From the NCBI GenBank assembly GCA_003222135.1, contig QHUM01000039.1, positions 139,115-203,114 on the forward strand: a DNA stretch of 64,000 nucleotides, written 5' to 3'. Below are positions 8,792-17,674 of this stretch, one piece after another (within the stretch, counting starts at the first letter, position 1; every line of letters starts with the position of its first letter). A program made the position numbers and the translations under genes. The notes beneath the pieces were generated by a model. The model saw only the letters and a list, made by a program, of their open reading frames with translations. It was not told where the DNA came from and made no database searches. The DNA is from Gemmatimonadota bacterium. GTDB lineage: Bacteria > Gemmatimonadota > Gemmatimonadetes > Gemmatimonadales > GWC2-71-9.

Positions 8792-10920
8792 TGGCGGGAT
8801 CCGCACTCAGCTGGGAGCTGGCCGACGGGATCGCGGTCGTCACGCTCGACATGAAGGGCGAAGCGGTCAACAAAATCTCGCGCGCGCTGAAAGCCGACTT
8901 CCTCGCGACGTTCGAATCGCTCGAGCGCGAGGGCGCGGTCCGGGGTGTGGCGTTCTTCTCGGGCAAGCCGGACACCTTCATCGCGGGTGCCGACATCGAG
9001 GAGTTCGTCGCGCTCACCAGCGCGGCCGAAGCGGAGCGCCTCGTGGCGGACGGTCAGGAGCTGCTGGAGCGCGTGGCGCGCTTTCCCAAGCCGATCGCCG
9101 TCGGGATCCACGGGGCCTGCCTGGGTGGCGGGCTCGAGTTCGCCCTGGCGTGCCACTACCGCGTCGCGTCCGATCACCCCAAAACCCAACTCGGGCTCCC
9201 CGAGGTTCAGCTGGGCATCCTGCCGGCGGCCGGTGGCTGCCAGCGGCTGCCCCGGCTCATCGGCGCGCGCGCCGCGCTCGACATCATCCTCGCGGGCAAG
9301 GTGGAGCGGGCCCAGAAGGCCTTCCGGCTGGGGATCGTCGACGAGCTCGTGCACCCCGCAATCCTCCGGGACGTCACCATCGCCGCGGCGCAGCGCATGG
9401 CGGGCGGATGGCGCCCCAAGCGAAAGCGCCCGGGCGGCTTCACGGGGTGGCTGCTCGACGGCAACCTGCTCGGGCGGCGCCTCGTGTTTCGCGGGGCGCG
9501 GAAGCAGGTGTTGAAGCAGACGAAGGGAAACTATCCGGCACCGCTCGCGGCGCTCGAGGCGGTCGAGTACGGCTTGGCGCACGGACTCGCCAAGGGTCTG
9601 AAGCGCGAGGCGCAGTTGTTCGGTCAACTCGCCGTCACGGACGTGTCCCGCAAGCTCGTGCAGATCTTCTTCGCGACGAGCCAGCTCAAGAAGGATTTCG
9701 GCGTCCCCAACCCGCCCCCGCCCACCGAGGTGCGGCGGCTCGGCGTCGTGGGTTCGGGGTTCATGGGGTCGGGAATCGCGGGAACGGCGGTCGTCCAGGC
9801 CGCCGTGGACGTCCGGATGAAGGACGCCGACCTGCCGCGCGTCGCGAAGGGCCTCGCGACGGCGCGCGAAATCCTGGACGAGCGTCTGCAGCGGCGCCGC
9901 TTGACGAAGTACGAGCACGCCCGGCTCGTGGCCCTGCTGTCGGGCGCGGACACGTATGCGGGCTTCGGTCGCGCCGACTTGGTCATCGAGGCGGTGTTCG
10001 AGGACCTCACCGTCAAGCGGCAGGTGCTGCGGGAGGTGGAAGCGGTGACGCCCGAGCGGGCCGTGTTCGCGTCCAACACGTCCACCATCCCGATCGGGCG
10101 GATCGCCGAAGCGGCACAGCGCCCCGAGCAGGTGATCGGCATGCATTTCTTCTCACCGGTCGCCCGCATGCCGTTGCTCGAGGTGATCCCGTCCGCGCGC
10201 ACCGCGCCGGGCGTCGTCACGACAGCGGTGGCGTTTGGGCGGCGCATGGGGAAGACCGCGATCGTGGTCAAGGACAGTCCCGGCTTTTGGGTGAACCGGA
10301 TCCTCACCCCGTACATGAACGAGGCGGGGCACCTGCTGGCGGAAGGGACGGCGATCGAAGAGCTCGACGACCTGATGGTGCAATTCGGCTTCCCGGTCGG
10401 ACCCATCACCCTGTTGGACGAGGTGGGCATGGACGTCGCGGAGAAGGTGGCGGGGGTGATGCATGAAGCGTTCGGTGATCGCTTCGCCCCGGCGCCCGCA
10501 TTTGCCGCTCTGGTCAAGGCCGGTCGCTTCGGACGCAAGGCGGGGAAGGGATTCTATACGTACGCGCGCGGCAAGAAAGGCGGCGTCGACGCCGCCGTGT
10601 ACCAGCTCATCGGCACGCAACCGAACGGCGGGCCGCGCCCGGCGGAGGCGATCCAACGGCTCGTCCTCGTGATGCTCAACGAAGCGGCGCGCGCGGTTGG
10701 GGAGGGCATCGTCGCGCGCCCGCGCGACGGCGACATCGCCGCCGTGTTCGGCTTCGGGTTTCCGGCGTTCCGCGGCGGCCCGCTTCGCCACGCCGACGAC
10801 CTCGGGGCCCAGCGTCTCGTGGAGGAGCTCCAGCGCCTCGCCGAGCGGCTCGGGTCGCGCTTCGCTCCGTGCGAGGTCCTCCAGGAGCAGGCGCGCCGGG
10901 GCTCGAGGTTCTATCCCTGA
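8791..10920 (+). CDS. fadJ: Fatty-acid oxidation complex alpha subunit (enoyl-CoA hydratase / 3-hydroxyacyl-CoA dehydrogenase, FadJ-like)
   Basis: ATG 8791 overlaps the thiolase stop (TAATG). A crotonase domain (IAVVTLDMKGEAVNKIS, GACLGGGLEFALACH) is followed by an NAD Rossmann fold (LGVVGSGFMGSGIA). The 1115-aa ORF in the track is an out-of-frame upstream extension. Confidence 0.9.
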   Translation: MAGSALSWELADGIAVVTLDMKGEAVNKISRALKADFLATFESLEREGAVRGVAFFSGKPDTFIAGADIEEFVALTSAAEAERLVADGQELLERVARFPKPIAVGIHGACLGGGLEFALACHYRVASDHPKTQLGLPEVQLGILPAAGGCQRLPRLIGARAALDIILAGKVERAQKAFRLGIVDELVHPAILRDVTIAAAQRMAGGWRPKRKRPGGFTGWLLDGNLLGRRLVFRGARKQVLKQTKGNYPAPLAALEAVEYGLAHGLAKGLKREAQLFGQLAVTDVSRKLVQIFFATSQLKKDFGVPNPPPPTEVRRLGVVGSGFMGSGIAGTAVVQAAVDVRMKDADLPRVAKGLATAREILDERLQRRRLTKYEHARLVALLSGADTYAGFGRADLVIEAVFEDLTVKRQVLREVEAVTPERAVFASNTSTIPIGRIAEAAQRPEQVIGMHFFSPVARMPLLEVIPSARTAPGVVTTAVAFGRRMGKTAIVVKDSPGFWVNRILTPYMNEAGHLLAEGTAIEELDDLMVQFGFPVGPITLLDEVGMDVAEKVAGVMHEAFGDRFAPAPAFAALVKAGRFGRKAGKGFYTYARGKKGGVDAAVYQLIGTQPNGGPRPAEAIQRLVLVMLNEAARAVGEGIVARPRDGDIAAVFGFGFPAFRGGPLRHADDLGAQRLVEELQRLAERLGSRFAPCEVLQEQARRGSRFYP

Positions 10921-10946
10921 CGCCCGATCCCTGACCGCTCGCCTCG

Positions 10947-11879
10947 ATGCTCCGCACCGGTCTCCTGTGGCTCAGCGAGCAACCCCGGATCTTCAGCATC
11001 ATTCGCGGGAGCGGGCTCGCCCGCCGGCTCGCCTCGCGCTTCGTCGCAGGAGAAACGGTCGAGGCGGCCGTGGCCGCGGTCACGCAGCTCAACGCCGCGG
11101 GCATTAGGGCGAGCCTCGACCTGTTGGGCGAGTCGGTGGCGAGCGCCGCCGAAGCCCGCGGCGCGCGGGACACGTATCTGGAAACGCTCCATCGCATTCG
11201 CCGCGCCGGCGCGGATGCGAACGTCTCGGTGAAGCTCACCCAGATGGGGCTCGCCATCGACGAGCGGCTGTGTGTCGAGAACCTCCGCGCGATCATCGCC
11301 GAGGCGCGGGACCACGGATCGTTCGTTCGCATCGACATGGAGCAATCGGAATACACGGAGCGCACGCTGCAGCTGTTCCGGGGGACGTTCCATCCCGAGT
11401 TCGGGAACGCCGTGGGCGTCGTGCTGCAGTCCTACCTGCGGCGCACCGAGCGTGATGTGGAGGACATGATCGCGTTGGGCGCCCGGGTGCGCCTGTGCAA
11501 GGGCGCCTATCAGGAGCCGCCTACGGTCGCGTTCCCGGACAAGCGCGACGTCGACGCGAATTACGTCCGCTGCATGGAGCGCCTGCTCGAACGCGGCACG
11601 TATCCCGGCATCGCCACGCACGACACCGCGATCATCGCGCACGCCAAGGAGTTCGCCCGCCGCTCGGGGCTGGCGCCGCAGCGCTTCGAGTTCCAGATGC
11701 TCTACGGCGTGCGACGCGACCTGCAGCGGCGGCTGCGCCGCGAGGGCTACAACGTGCGCGTCTATGTGCCCTTCGGGAGCCACTGGTATCCCTACCTCAT
11801 GCGGCGCCTCGCCGAGCGTCCAGCGAACGTCGTCTTCCTGCTCGGCAACATCGTCCGGGAGTCACTACGGCGGAACTGA
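10947..11879 (+). CDS. Proline dehydrogenase (monofunctional)
   Basis: The 310-aa product has motifs typical of stand-alone ProDH (FVAGETVEAAV, SLDLLGE, VSVKLTQMG, VRIDMEQS, VRLCKGAY, HD, FQMLYGVR). Confidence 0.9.
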   Translation: MLRTGLLWLSEQPRIFSIIRGSGLARRLASRFVAGETVEAAVAAVTQLNAAGIRASLDLLGESVASAAEARGARDTYLETLHRIRRAGADANVSVKLTQMGLAIDERLCVENLRAIIAEARDHGSFVRIDMEQSEYTERTLQLFRGTFHPEFGNAVGVVLQSYLRRTERDVEDMIALGARVRLCKGAYQEPPTVAFPDKRDVDANYVRCMERLLERGTYPGIATHDTAIIAHAKEFARRSGLAPQRFEFQMLYGVRRDLQRRLRREGYNVRVYVPFGSHWYPYLMRRLAERPANVVFLLGNIVRESLRRN

Positions 11880-12208
11880 CCGACGGCACGCTGGGCGGCT
11901 ACCAGCGCGCGCACGAGCGGGCGCCGGCGTTCGGGGGCACGGACGGCCGAGCGTACTCGGTGGCCACGTTCGTGGATGATGCGCCGAACGCGAAGGGCCT
12001 GTACGGCGCGGCGCTGCTGTTCGTGCGCTGGTCCGACGGCGGCGACCGGCCGGTGGGGCACCTCGAGACCGAATACCTCGCCTGGGGGACGACGCCGGCG
12101 GAGGCGCTGGCACCGGTACTCGCCCTCACGCTGCAGGAGGTGAAGCGGCACCTCGACCGCTGCATCGACACAGCGGGAGCCGCAGGCGGTGAGGTGCGAT
12201 GGCCCTGA
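11876..12208 (+). CDS. Hypothetical protein (start uncertain: CTG 11876 or GTG 11958)
   Basis: An open frame fills the gap between the ProDH stop and the rsgA start. No ATG, GTG or TTG was seen by eye between the ProDH stop and GTG 11958. CTG 11876 overlaps the ProDH TGA. I recognise no family. Confidence 0.35.
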   Translation: MTDGTLGGYQRAHERAPAFGGTDGRAYSVATFVDDAPNAKGLYGAALLFVRWSDGGDRPVGHLETEYLAWGTTPAEALAPVLALTLQEVKRHLDRCIDTAGAAGGEVRWP

Positions 12209-13131
12209 GCTCGGGCGTCGTGCTGGTGCGTACCGGGTCGAGCTACCGCGTGCACACCGACCAGGGTGAAGTGACGGCCGTGCTGCGGGGCAGGCTGCGG
12301 CGGCGGGACGACGATCGCGTCGTCGCCGGGGACGTCGTGGAGCTCGAGCTCCGAGCGGATGGGCCGGCGACGATTTCCGGGATTCGTCCGCGGCGCTCGG
12401 TCCTGGCGCGGCGCGCCGCCGGCGAGCGCCGCCCCCGCGCCCAGCCGCTCGCCGCGAACGTGGACCAGGTCGTGGTCGTCGCGGCGGCGCGCGATCCCGA
12501 GCCCAATCTGCGAATGCTCGACCGGTTTCTGGTCATCGCCGAGGCGAACGGGATTCCGCCCGTCATCGTGCTCAACAAGATCGAGCTCGAGCGGAGCGCG
12601 GAGCTCGCGTTGCGGCAGCGGTTCACGCCCGCCGGCTACCAGGTGCTGCCGACGTCGGTCGAGGCGGCGGAGGGGCTGCCGGCGTTGCGGGACCTGCTGC
12701 GGGGCCGGGCGTCGGTGCTCACCGGCGAATCCGGGGTGGGGAAGTCGAGTCTCATGAACGCACTCTACCCGGGGCTCAACCTGCGGATCGGCGCGGTCAG
12801 CGCGTACTGGGGAAAAGGGAAGCACACCACGCGCGCAGCGCTGCTCGTGCCGCTGGCGGAGCGAGGTTACGTCGTGGATACGCCGGGGCTGCGAGAGGTG
12901 GGGACGTGGGGCGTGGACCCGGACGCGCTCGGCAGCTGCTTCCCCGAGTTCCGCCGCTTTCTCGACGGGTGCCGGTTCGACAACTGCCGTCATCTCACCG
13001 AGCCCGACTGCGCCGTGCGGCGGGCGGCCGAGGCGGGGACCTTCGACCCGGACCGCCTCCTCTCCTACCAGCGCATGTACGAGGAAGTCAGCGTTCCTTC
13101 CTGGTCCAGCGGTCGGCGTCGCGCGAAGTGA
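12199..13131 (+). CDS. rsgA: Ribosome small-subunit-dependent GTPase A
   Basis: It shows the circularly permuted GTPase order: VLNKIELE (G4), then GESGVGKSSLMNAL (P-loop), then the C-terminal zinc knuckle CRFDNCRHLTEPDCAV. Confidence 0.9.
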   Translation: MALSSGVVLVRTGSSYRVHTDQGEVTAVLRGRLRRRDDDRVVAGDVVELELRADGPATISGIRPRRSVLARRAAGERRPRAQPLAANVDQVVVVAAARDPEPNLRMLDRFLVIAEANGIPPVIVLNKIELERSAELALRQRFTPAGYQVLPTSVEAAEGLPALRDLLRGRASVLTGESGVGKSSLMNALYPGLNLRIGAVSAYWGKGKHTTRAALLVPLAERGYVVDTPGLREVGTWGVDPDALGSCFPEFRRFLDGCRFDNCRHLTEPDCAVRRAAEAGTFDPDRLLSYQRMYEEVSVPSWSSGRRRAK

Positions 13132-13408
13132 CCTTCCGCATCATCGCCGCGAACGCCTCGTCCAGGTCGATCCCCTGTGAGTTGGCGAGGCAGATCACGA
13201 CGAACAGGACGTCGGCGAGCTCCATCGCCACGGAGCCCTCGGCTTCGTCCGTCCGCTTGGTCTTCTCCCCGAACCGATGGTTGATCTCGCGCGCCAGCTC
13301 GCCGACCTCTTCCGTCAGCCGGGCGAGGTTGGTCAGCGGCGAGAAGTATCCTTCTTTATATTGGCCGATCCAGCGGTCGACCGTCTGTTGCGCGTCGCGC
13401 AGGGACAA
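13088..13408 (-). CDS. MazG-like nucleotide pyrophosphohydrolase (small, single domain)
   Basis: The C-terminal 106 codons of track ORF 13088..14452 read LSLRDAQQTVDRWI...LTEEVGELAREI...ELADVLFVVICLAN, the MazG EExxE / ExxD pattern. The only nearby start is TTG 13408. The upstream part of the track ORF is antisense to DUF1015. Confidence 0.7.
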   Translation of the reverse strand: MSLRDAQQTVDRWIGQYKEGYFSPLTNLARLTEEVGELAREINHRFGEKTKRTDEAEGSVAMELADVLFVVICLANSQGIDLDEAFAAMMRKVTSRDADRWTRKER

Positions 13409-13426
13409 GGGAGGCTCCGAGGAGTC

Positions 13427-14680
13427 GTGAGTGTCGATCTGCCACCGCTCGTGATCCCGTTCGCGGGCGAGCGGTACGCCGCGATGGACCAGCTGACGGC
13501 GCTGCTGGCGCCGCCCTACGACGTCATCTCGCGGGCGGAGCGGGTGGGCTACGCGGCGCGGGATCCCCACAATATCGTCCACCTCATCCTGCCGGAAGCG
13601 CCCAGCGGCGCGGATCCGTACGCTGCGGCCGCAGCGCGCCTGGCGGCGTGGCGGCACGACGGTGTGCTGCGGCGGGACGACGCAGACGCGGTGTACGTGG
13701 TCGCGCAGGACTACGCGCTCCCCTCGGGCGAGCGTCGGACGCGGCTGGGCATGTTCGCCGCCGTCCGGGCCGAGCCCTTCGCGACGCGGCGGGTGCGACC
13801 CCACGAGCAGACCCACTCGGCGCCCAAGGCGGACCGGCTGGCGCTGCTCCGGGCGACGCGGACCAGCCTGGAGTCGATCTTCCTGCTCGCCCCCGACGCG
13901 GACCGGGCGCTCGCGCAGGCGCTCGCGCAGGCCGCGCGCGGCGTGCCGGCGGCGCGCGCTGAGCTCGACGGCGTCGGCATCCGCATGTGGACCGTCACCG
14001 GGGCGCGAGCCGGCGAGCTCGCGGCGCTCGCCGGCCGGGCCCAGCTCTACATCGCCGACGGCCACCACCGCTATGAAACCGCGGTCGCCTTCGCCGCGGA
14101 AGACCCCCGGGCCGACCGGGTACTGTCGTTCATCGTCTCGAGCCACGATCCCGGACTGGCCATCCTGCCGACGCACCGCATCGTGTTCGGCGTCGCCCGC
14201 GACGCCGCGAAACTGATCGAGCAGTGGCGCACGTGGTTCGAGGTGGGACGCGTCGCGCCGTGCATGGACCGGGTAGAGCGCCTCGCCGAGCTCGGTCGCG
14301 ACCGCACCGCGTGCATCGTCGCGTTCCCGGACGACTACGACGTCACGCTTGTCCTCAAGCCGGACGCCGCGCTCGACCGCGTCCCGGGCATGGCCAGGAC
14401 GCCCGCCGTCCGCGCGCTCGACGTGGCGCGGATCGAGACCCTCGTCGTGCAATACATCCTGGGCGCGGGGACCGCGACCCCGTCGCTTGCGTACACGCCC
14501 GACCCGCGGGCCGCGTTCGAGGCGGTGCGCAACGGGCGGGCGGCGGCCGCGGTGCTGCTCAACCCCACGAAGGTGGAGCAGGTGTTCGCGGTGGCGGATG
14601 CAGGAGACGTGATGCCGCCTAAATCCACCTACTTCGCCCCGAAGGTGCCCGCGGGGCTAGTCCTGCGGCCCTTGGCGTAG
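13427..14680 (+). CDS. DUF1015 family protein
   Basis: The start is GTG 13427 (VSVDLPPLVIPFAGERY...). Motifs typical of DUF1015 are present: PPYDVIS, PHNIVHLILPE, RPHEQTHSAPKADRLALLRAT, ADGHHRYETA. Confidence 0.85.
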   Translation: MSVDLPPLVIPFAGERYAAMDQLTALLAPPYDVISRAERVGYAARDPHNIVHLILPEAPSGADPYAAAAARLAAWRHDGVLRRDDADAVYVVAQDYALPSGERRTRLGMFAAVRAEPFATRRVRPHEQTHSAPKADRLALLRATRTSLESIFLLAPDADRALAQALAQAARGVPAARAELDGVGIRMWTVTGARAGELAALAGRAQLYIADGHHRYETAVAFAAEDPRADRVLSFIVSSHDPGLAILPTHRIVFGVARDAAKLIEQWRTWFEVGRVAPCMDRVERLAELGRDRTACIVAFPDDYDVTLVLKPDAALDRVPGMARTPAVRALDVARIETLVVQYILGAGTATPSLAYTPDPRAAFEAVRNGRAAAAVLLNPTKVEQVFAVADAGDVMPPKSTYFAPKVPAGLVLRPLA

Positions 14681-15187
14681 CGCCGCGATCAGCGCCTTGC
14701 AGAACTGCGGCAGGTCGGCGGGCGTGCGGGACGAAATCAGGTTTCCATCGACTACGACGGGTGCGTCTTCCCACGTCACGCCGGCGTTCTCCATGTCGTC
14801 CCTGATGGCACGCACGCTCGTCGCGCGCTTTCCCTTCAGGATCTTCGCCGAGATCGGCACCCAGCCGGCATGACAGATGAAGGCGACCGGCTTCCCGGCG
14901 CGAAACATCTCGCGGGTGATCTTGAGGACCGCCTCGTGGCGACGCAGCTGGTCGGGGGCGAACCCGCCGGGAATGACCAGGCCGTCGAAGTCGGCGGCGT
15001 CGACGTCGGCGACGTTCGTGTCTACCGTGACCGGATAGCCGCGCTTCCCCGCGTAGGTCTTCTCGCCGATGCCGGCGACGGTCGTGGCGGCACCTTCTTC
15101 CTCCAGCCGGATCTTTGGATACCAGAGCTCGAGGTCCTCGTACAGAGGGCCGGCGAAGAAAAGCACCGTTTTGCCTTTGAGGCTCAT
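14657..15187 (-). CDS. DJ-1/PfpI family protein
   Basis: The 176-aa product has DGLVIPGG and the nucleophile-elbow Cys in KPVAFICHAGW. Confidence 0.9.
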   Translation of the reverse strand: MSLKGKTVLFFAGPLYEDLELWYPKIRLEEEGAATTVAGIGEKTYAGKRGYPVTVDTNVADVDAADFDGLVIPGGFAPDQLRRHEAVLKITREMFRAGKPVAFICHAGWVPISAKILKGKRATSVRAIRDDMENAGVTWEDAPVVVDGNLISSRTPADLPQFCKALIAALRQGPQD

Positions 15188-15213
15188 GTGGCGAAGCTAT
15201 ATCTTTCCCGGCC

Positions 15214-15492
15214 ATGAGTCCACGACCCCGCGACCGCATCCTCGGGAACCTCGAGGCGATTTATCGCGAGGCCTATGAGCGCGCCAAGGCCGCCGGCGAC
15301 CAGACGCGGATGGCCGACGTCGACGCCGCCTATCAGCGCGAGCAGCTGCTGCTCGAGGTGCTGCTCGATATCCGCGACGCGCTCGCCGTCCCGCCCGCCG
15401 CAGCCGAGGGAAGCGCCTCCCGCGCCGCCGCGCCCCCCCCCGACCCCGTCGCGGCGCTCGAGACGATCCGCCGCATCACCAAGCTGCGCTGA
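15214..15492 (+). CDS. Small hypothetical protein (92 aa)
   Basis: The ORF starts at an ATG and fills the gap between PfpI and the amidohydrolase. It looks helical and is Ala/Pro-rich at the C-terminus. I recognise no family. Confidence 0.4.
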   Translation: MSPRPRDRILGNLEAIYREAYERAKAAGDQTRMADVDAAYQREQLLLEVLLDIRDALAVPPAAAEGSASRAAAPPPDPVAALETIRRITKLR

Positions 15493-15502
15493 GGGAGGCG
15501 GT

Positions 15503-17167
15503 ATGAGTCGACGCCCTGGACTGGGACTGTTGTGCCTCGCGCTCGCCGCACCCGCCGCCTGCGGCCGCACGGCCGACATCGTCATCCAAGGGGGCATGGT
15601 GTGGACCGGGCTCTCGAGCGGCGCTCCGCAGCCTGGCGCCGTGGCCATCGGCGACGGCGCGATCCTCGCCGTCGGCGACTCGGGGGTCGTGGCCCGATAC
15701 GTCGGCTCGCACACCCGAGTGATCCGGGCCGACGGCGGCCTCCTGCTCCCGGGGCTCGCCGACGCGCACACGCACTTCATCAGCGGCGGGTTCCAGCTGG
15801 CGTCGGTCGACCTGCGCGATGCCGCGACGCCCCAGGAGTTCGTGCGGCGGATCCGGGAGTACGCCCGGACCTTGAAGCCAGGGGATTGGATCACCGGCGG
15901 CGACTGGGACCACACCCGCTGGCCCGGCCAGCCGCTCCCCCGCCACGAATGGATCGATTCCGTGACGCCGGCGAATCCCGTGTTCGTCAACCGACTCGAC
16001 GGCCACGAGGCACTCGCCAACGCCGCTGCCATGCGGGCCGCCGGTGTCACCAGGGCCACGCCCACGCCGCCGGGTGGCGAAATCATCCGCGATGCGAAAA
16101 CCGGCGAGCCGCTGGGGATCTTCAAGGACCAGGCGCTCGATCTGATCGGCCGGGCCCAGCCTGACCCGTCGCCGGCGCAGCGCGACTCGGCGCTGGCACG
16201 CGCGCTCGCGCACGCCGCGTCGCTCGGCGTCACCGCCACTGCGCACATGTCCGCGTCCTGGGCCGACCTCGCCAGCTACCGCCGCTTGGAACGCGCCGGG
16301 CGTCTCACCATGCGGGTCGCGGTCTACCTACCGGTCGACACCTGGCGCGCCGTGGCGGAGTCTGTAAAGGCGCACGGCACCGGCGACGCGTGGGTCAAGA
16401 TTGGCGGTCTCAAGGGCTTCATGGACGGCTCGGCGGGCTCGCGCACCGCCCTCTTCTTCGAGCCCTACGCGGACTCGGGCGCCTATCGCGGCCTGATGCA
16501 GAACCCCGAGCGGGACATGCGCAGCTGGATCGGCAACGCCGACTCGGCGGGGCTGCAGGTGGCGGTGCACGCCATCGGCGACCGCGCGAACGCCCTCATC
16601 CTGGCGATCTACGACAGCGTCGCCAAGGCGCATGGGCCGCGTGATCGCCGGTTTCGCGTGGAGCACGCTCAGCACCTGCGGCCGCAGGACATTCCCTTGT
16701 TCGGCACCCTGGGTGTCATCGCGTCGATGCAGCCCTACCACGCCATTGACGACGGCCGTTGGGTGGAGCGGCGCATCGGCCCAGTGCGCATCAAGACGAC
16801 GTACGCCTTCCGGACGCTGCTGGACACCGGGGCGAAGCTGGCGTTCGGCTCCGACTGGACCGTCGCGCCGCTCGACCCCCTCGCCGGCGTCTACGCCGCT
16901 GTCACGCGGCGCACGCTCGACGACAAGAACCCGAACGGCTGGGTGCCCGAGCAAAAGATCACCGTGGGAGAGGCGTTGCGCGCGTACACCGCGGGCAACG
17001 CCTTCGCGACGTTCGACGAGACGAAGCGCGGCGCGCTCGCGCCGGGCTACTACGCGGATGTCGTGGTGGTGGACCGCAATCTGTTCGCGCTCCCGGCCGA
17101 GTCGCTCGCCGCCGCGCGGGTTCGCGTCACGATCGTTGGGGGGAAGGTCGTATACGAGAAGCGCTAA
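15503..17167 (+). CDS. Secreted amidohydrolase-family metallohydrolase (Amidohydro_3-like)
   Basis: ATG 15503 follows GGGAGG. A lipoprotein-type signal peptide is present (LLCLALAAPAACG). Metal motif LADAHTHF, then VAVHAIGD, VEHAQH and FGSDW. Confidence 0.85.
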   Translation: MSRRPGLGLLCLALAAPAACGRTADIVIQGGMVWTGLSSGAPQPGAVAIGDGAILAVGDSGVVARYVGSHTRVIRADGGLLLPGLADAHTHFISGGFQLASVDLRDAATPQEFVRRIREYARTLKPGDWITGGDWDHTRWPGQPLPRHEWIDSVTPANPVFVNRLDGHEALANAAAMRAAGVTRATPTPPGGEIIRDAKTGEPLGIFKDQALDLIGRAQPDPSPAQRDSALARALAHAASLGVTATAHMSASWADLASYRRLERAGRLTMRVAVYLPVDTWRAVAESVKAHGTGDAWVKIGGLKGFMDGSAGSRTALFFEPYADSGAYRGLMQNPERDMRSWIGNADSAGLQVAVHAIGDRANALILAIYDSVAKAHGPRDRRFRVEHAQHLRPQDIPLFGTLGVIASMQPYHAIDDGRWVERRIGPVRIKTTYAFRTLLDTGAKLAFGSDWTVAPLDPLAGVYAAVTRRTLDDKNPNGWVPEQKITVGEALRAYTAGNAFATFDETKRGALAPGYYADVVVVDRNLFALPAESLAAARVRVTIVGGKVVYEKR

Positions 17168-17646
17168 CCGGCGTACTTGAACCCCGCGTCCTGCAGCGTC
17201 AATGGCTGGCCGCCGTCGTGCTCCACGCCTGCTTCGACCACTTCGCCCAGCACCAATGTGTGATCGCCCGACGGGAGCGTAGCGACGACGCGACACTCGA
17301 TCCACCCCAACGCCTCGGTGAGGATCGGCGCTCCGGAAACGGGCGCCGGCTTCGTCTTGATGCCCTTGAGTTTCTGCGGCGTATTGGCCGAGGAGCGGCC
17401 CAGTTTTCCGGCCAGCTCGCGCTGTCCGTGTGAGAGCACGTTGACCGCGAAGTGGTGAGTGTCCCGGATCATGCCGATGGTCTTCGACGTGTTCTCCACC
17501 GCCACGACGACCATCGGGGGCTCGAAGGAGGCTTGCGTGATCCAGTTCGCGGTCATGCCATGCTCTTCGCCGCCGTGCTTCACGGTGACGGCGTAGAGGC
17601 CGTACGGAAACAGGCGCAACACCGCTTTCTTGGCTGCCTCATCCAT
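17164..17646 (-). CDS. Flavin reductase-like (FMN-binding split-barrel) protein
   Basis: [13 protein letters not shown]...[21 protein letters not shown] is typical of the family. The start is ATG 17646, or ATG 17676, which would overlap the divergent E1 start. Confidence 0.8.
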   Translation of the reverse strand: MDEAAKKAVLRLFPYGLYAVTVKHGGEEHGMTANWITQASFEPPMVVVAVENTSKTIGMIRDTHHFAVNVLSHGQRELAGKLGRSSANTPQKLKGIKTKPAPVSGAPILTEALGWIECRVVATLPSGDHTLVLGEVVEAGVEHDGGQPLTLQDAGFKYAG

Positions 17647-17674
17647 GCGCGAAATATCGGCTATCTTTAGCCGC

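Noticed and set aside
7573-10920. A 1115-aa ORF that suggests a giant fused thiolase/FadJ protein.
   Set aside because: The first roughly 400 codons are an alternative frame of the thiolase gene with Arg/Gly-rich nonsense translation. The FadJ-like sequence begins at ATG 8791, right at the thiolase stop.
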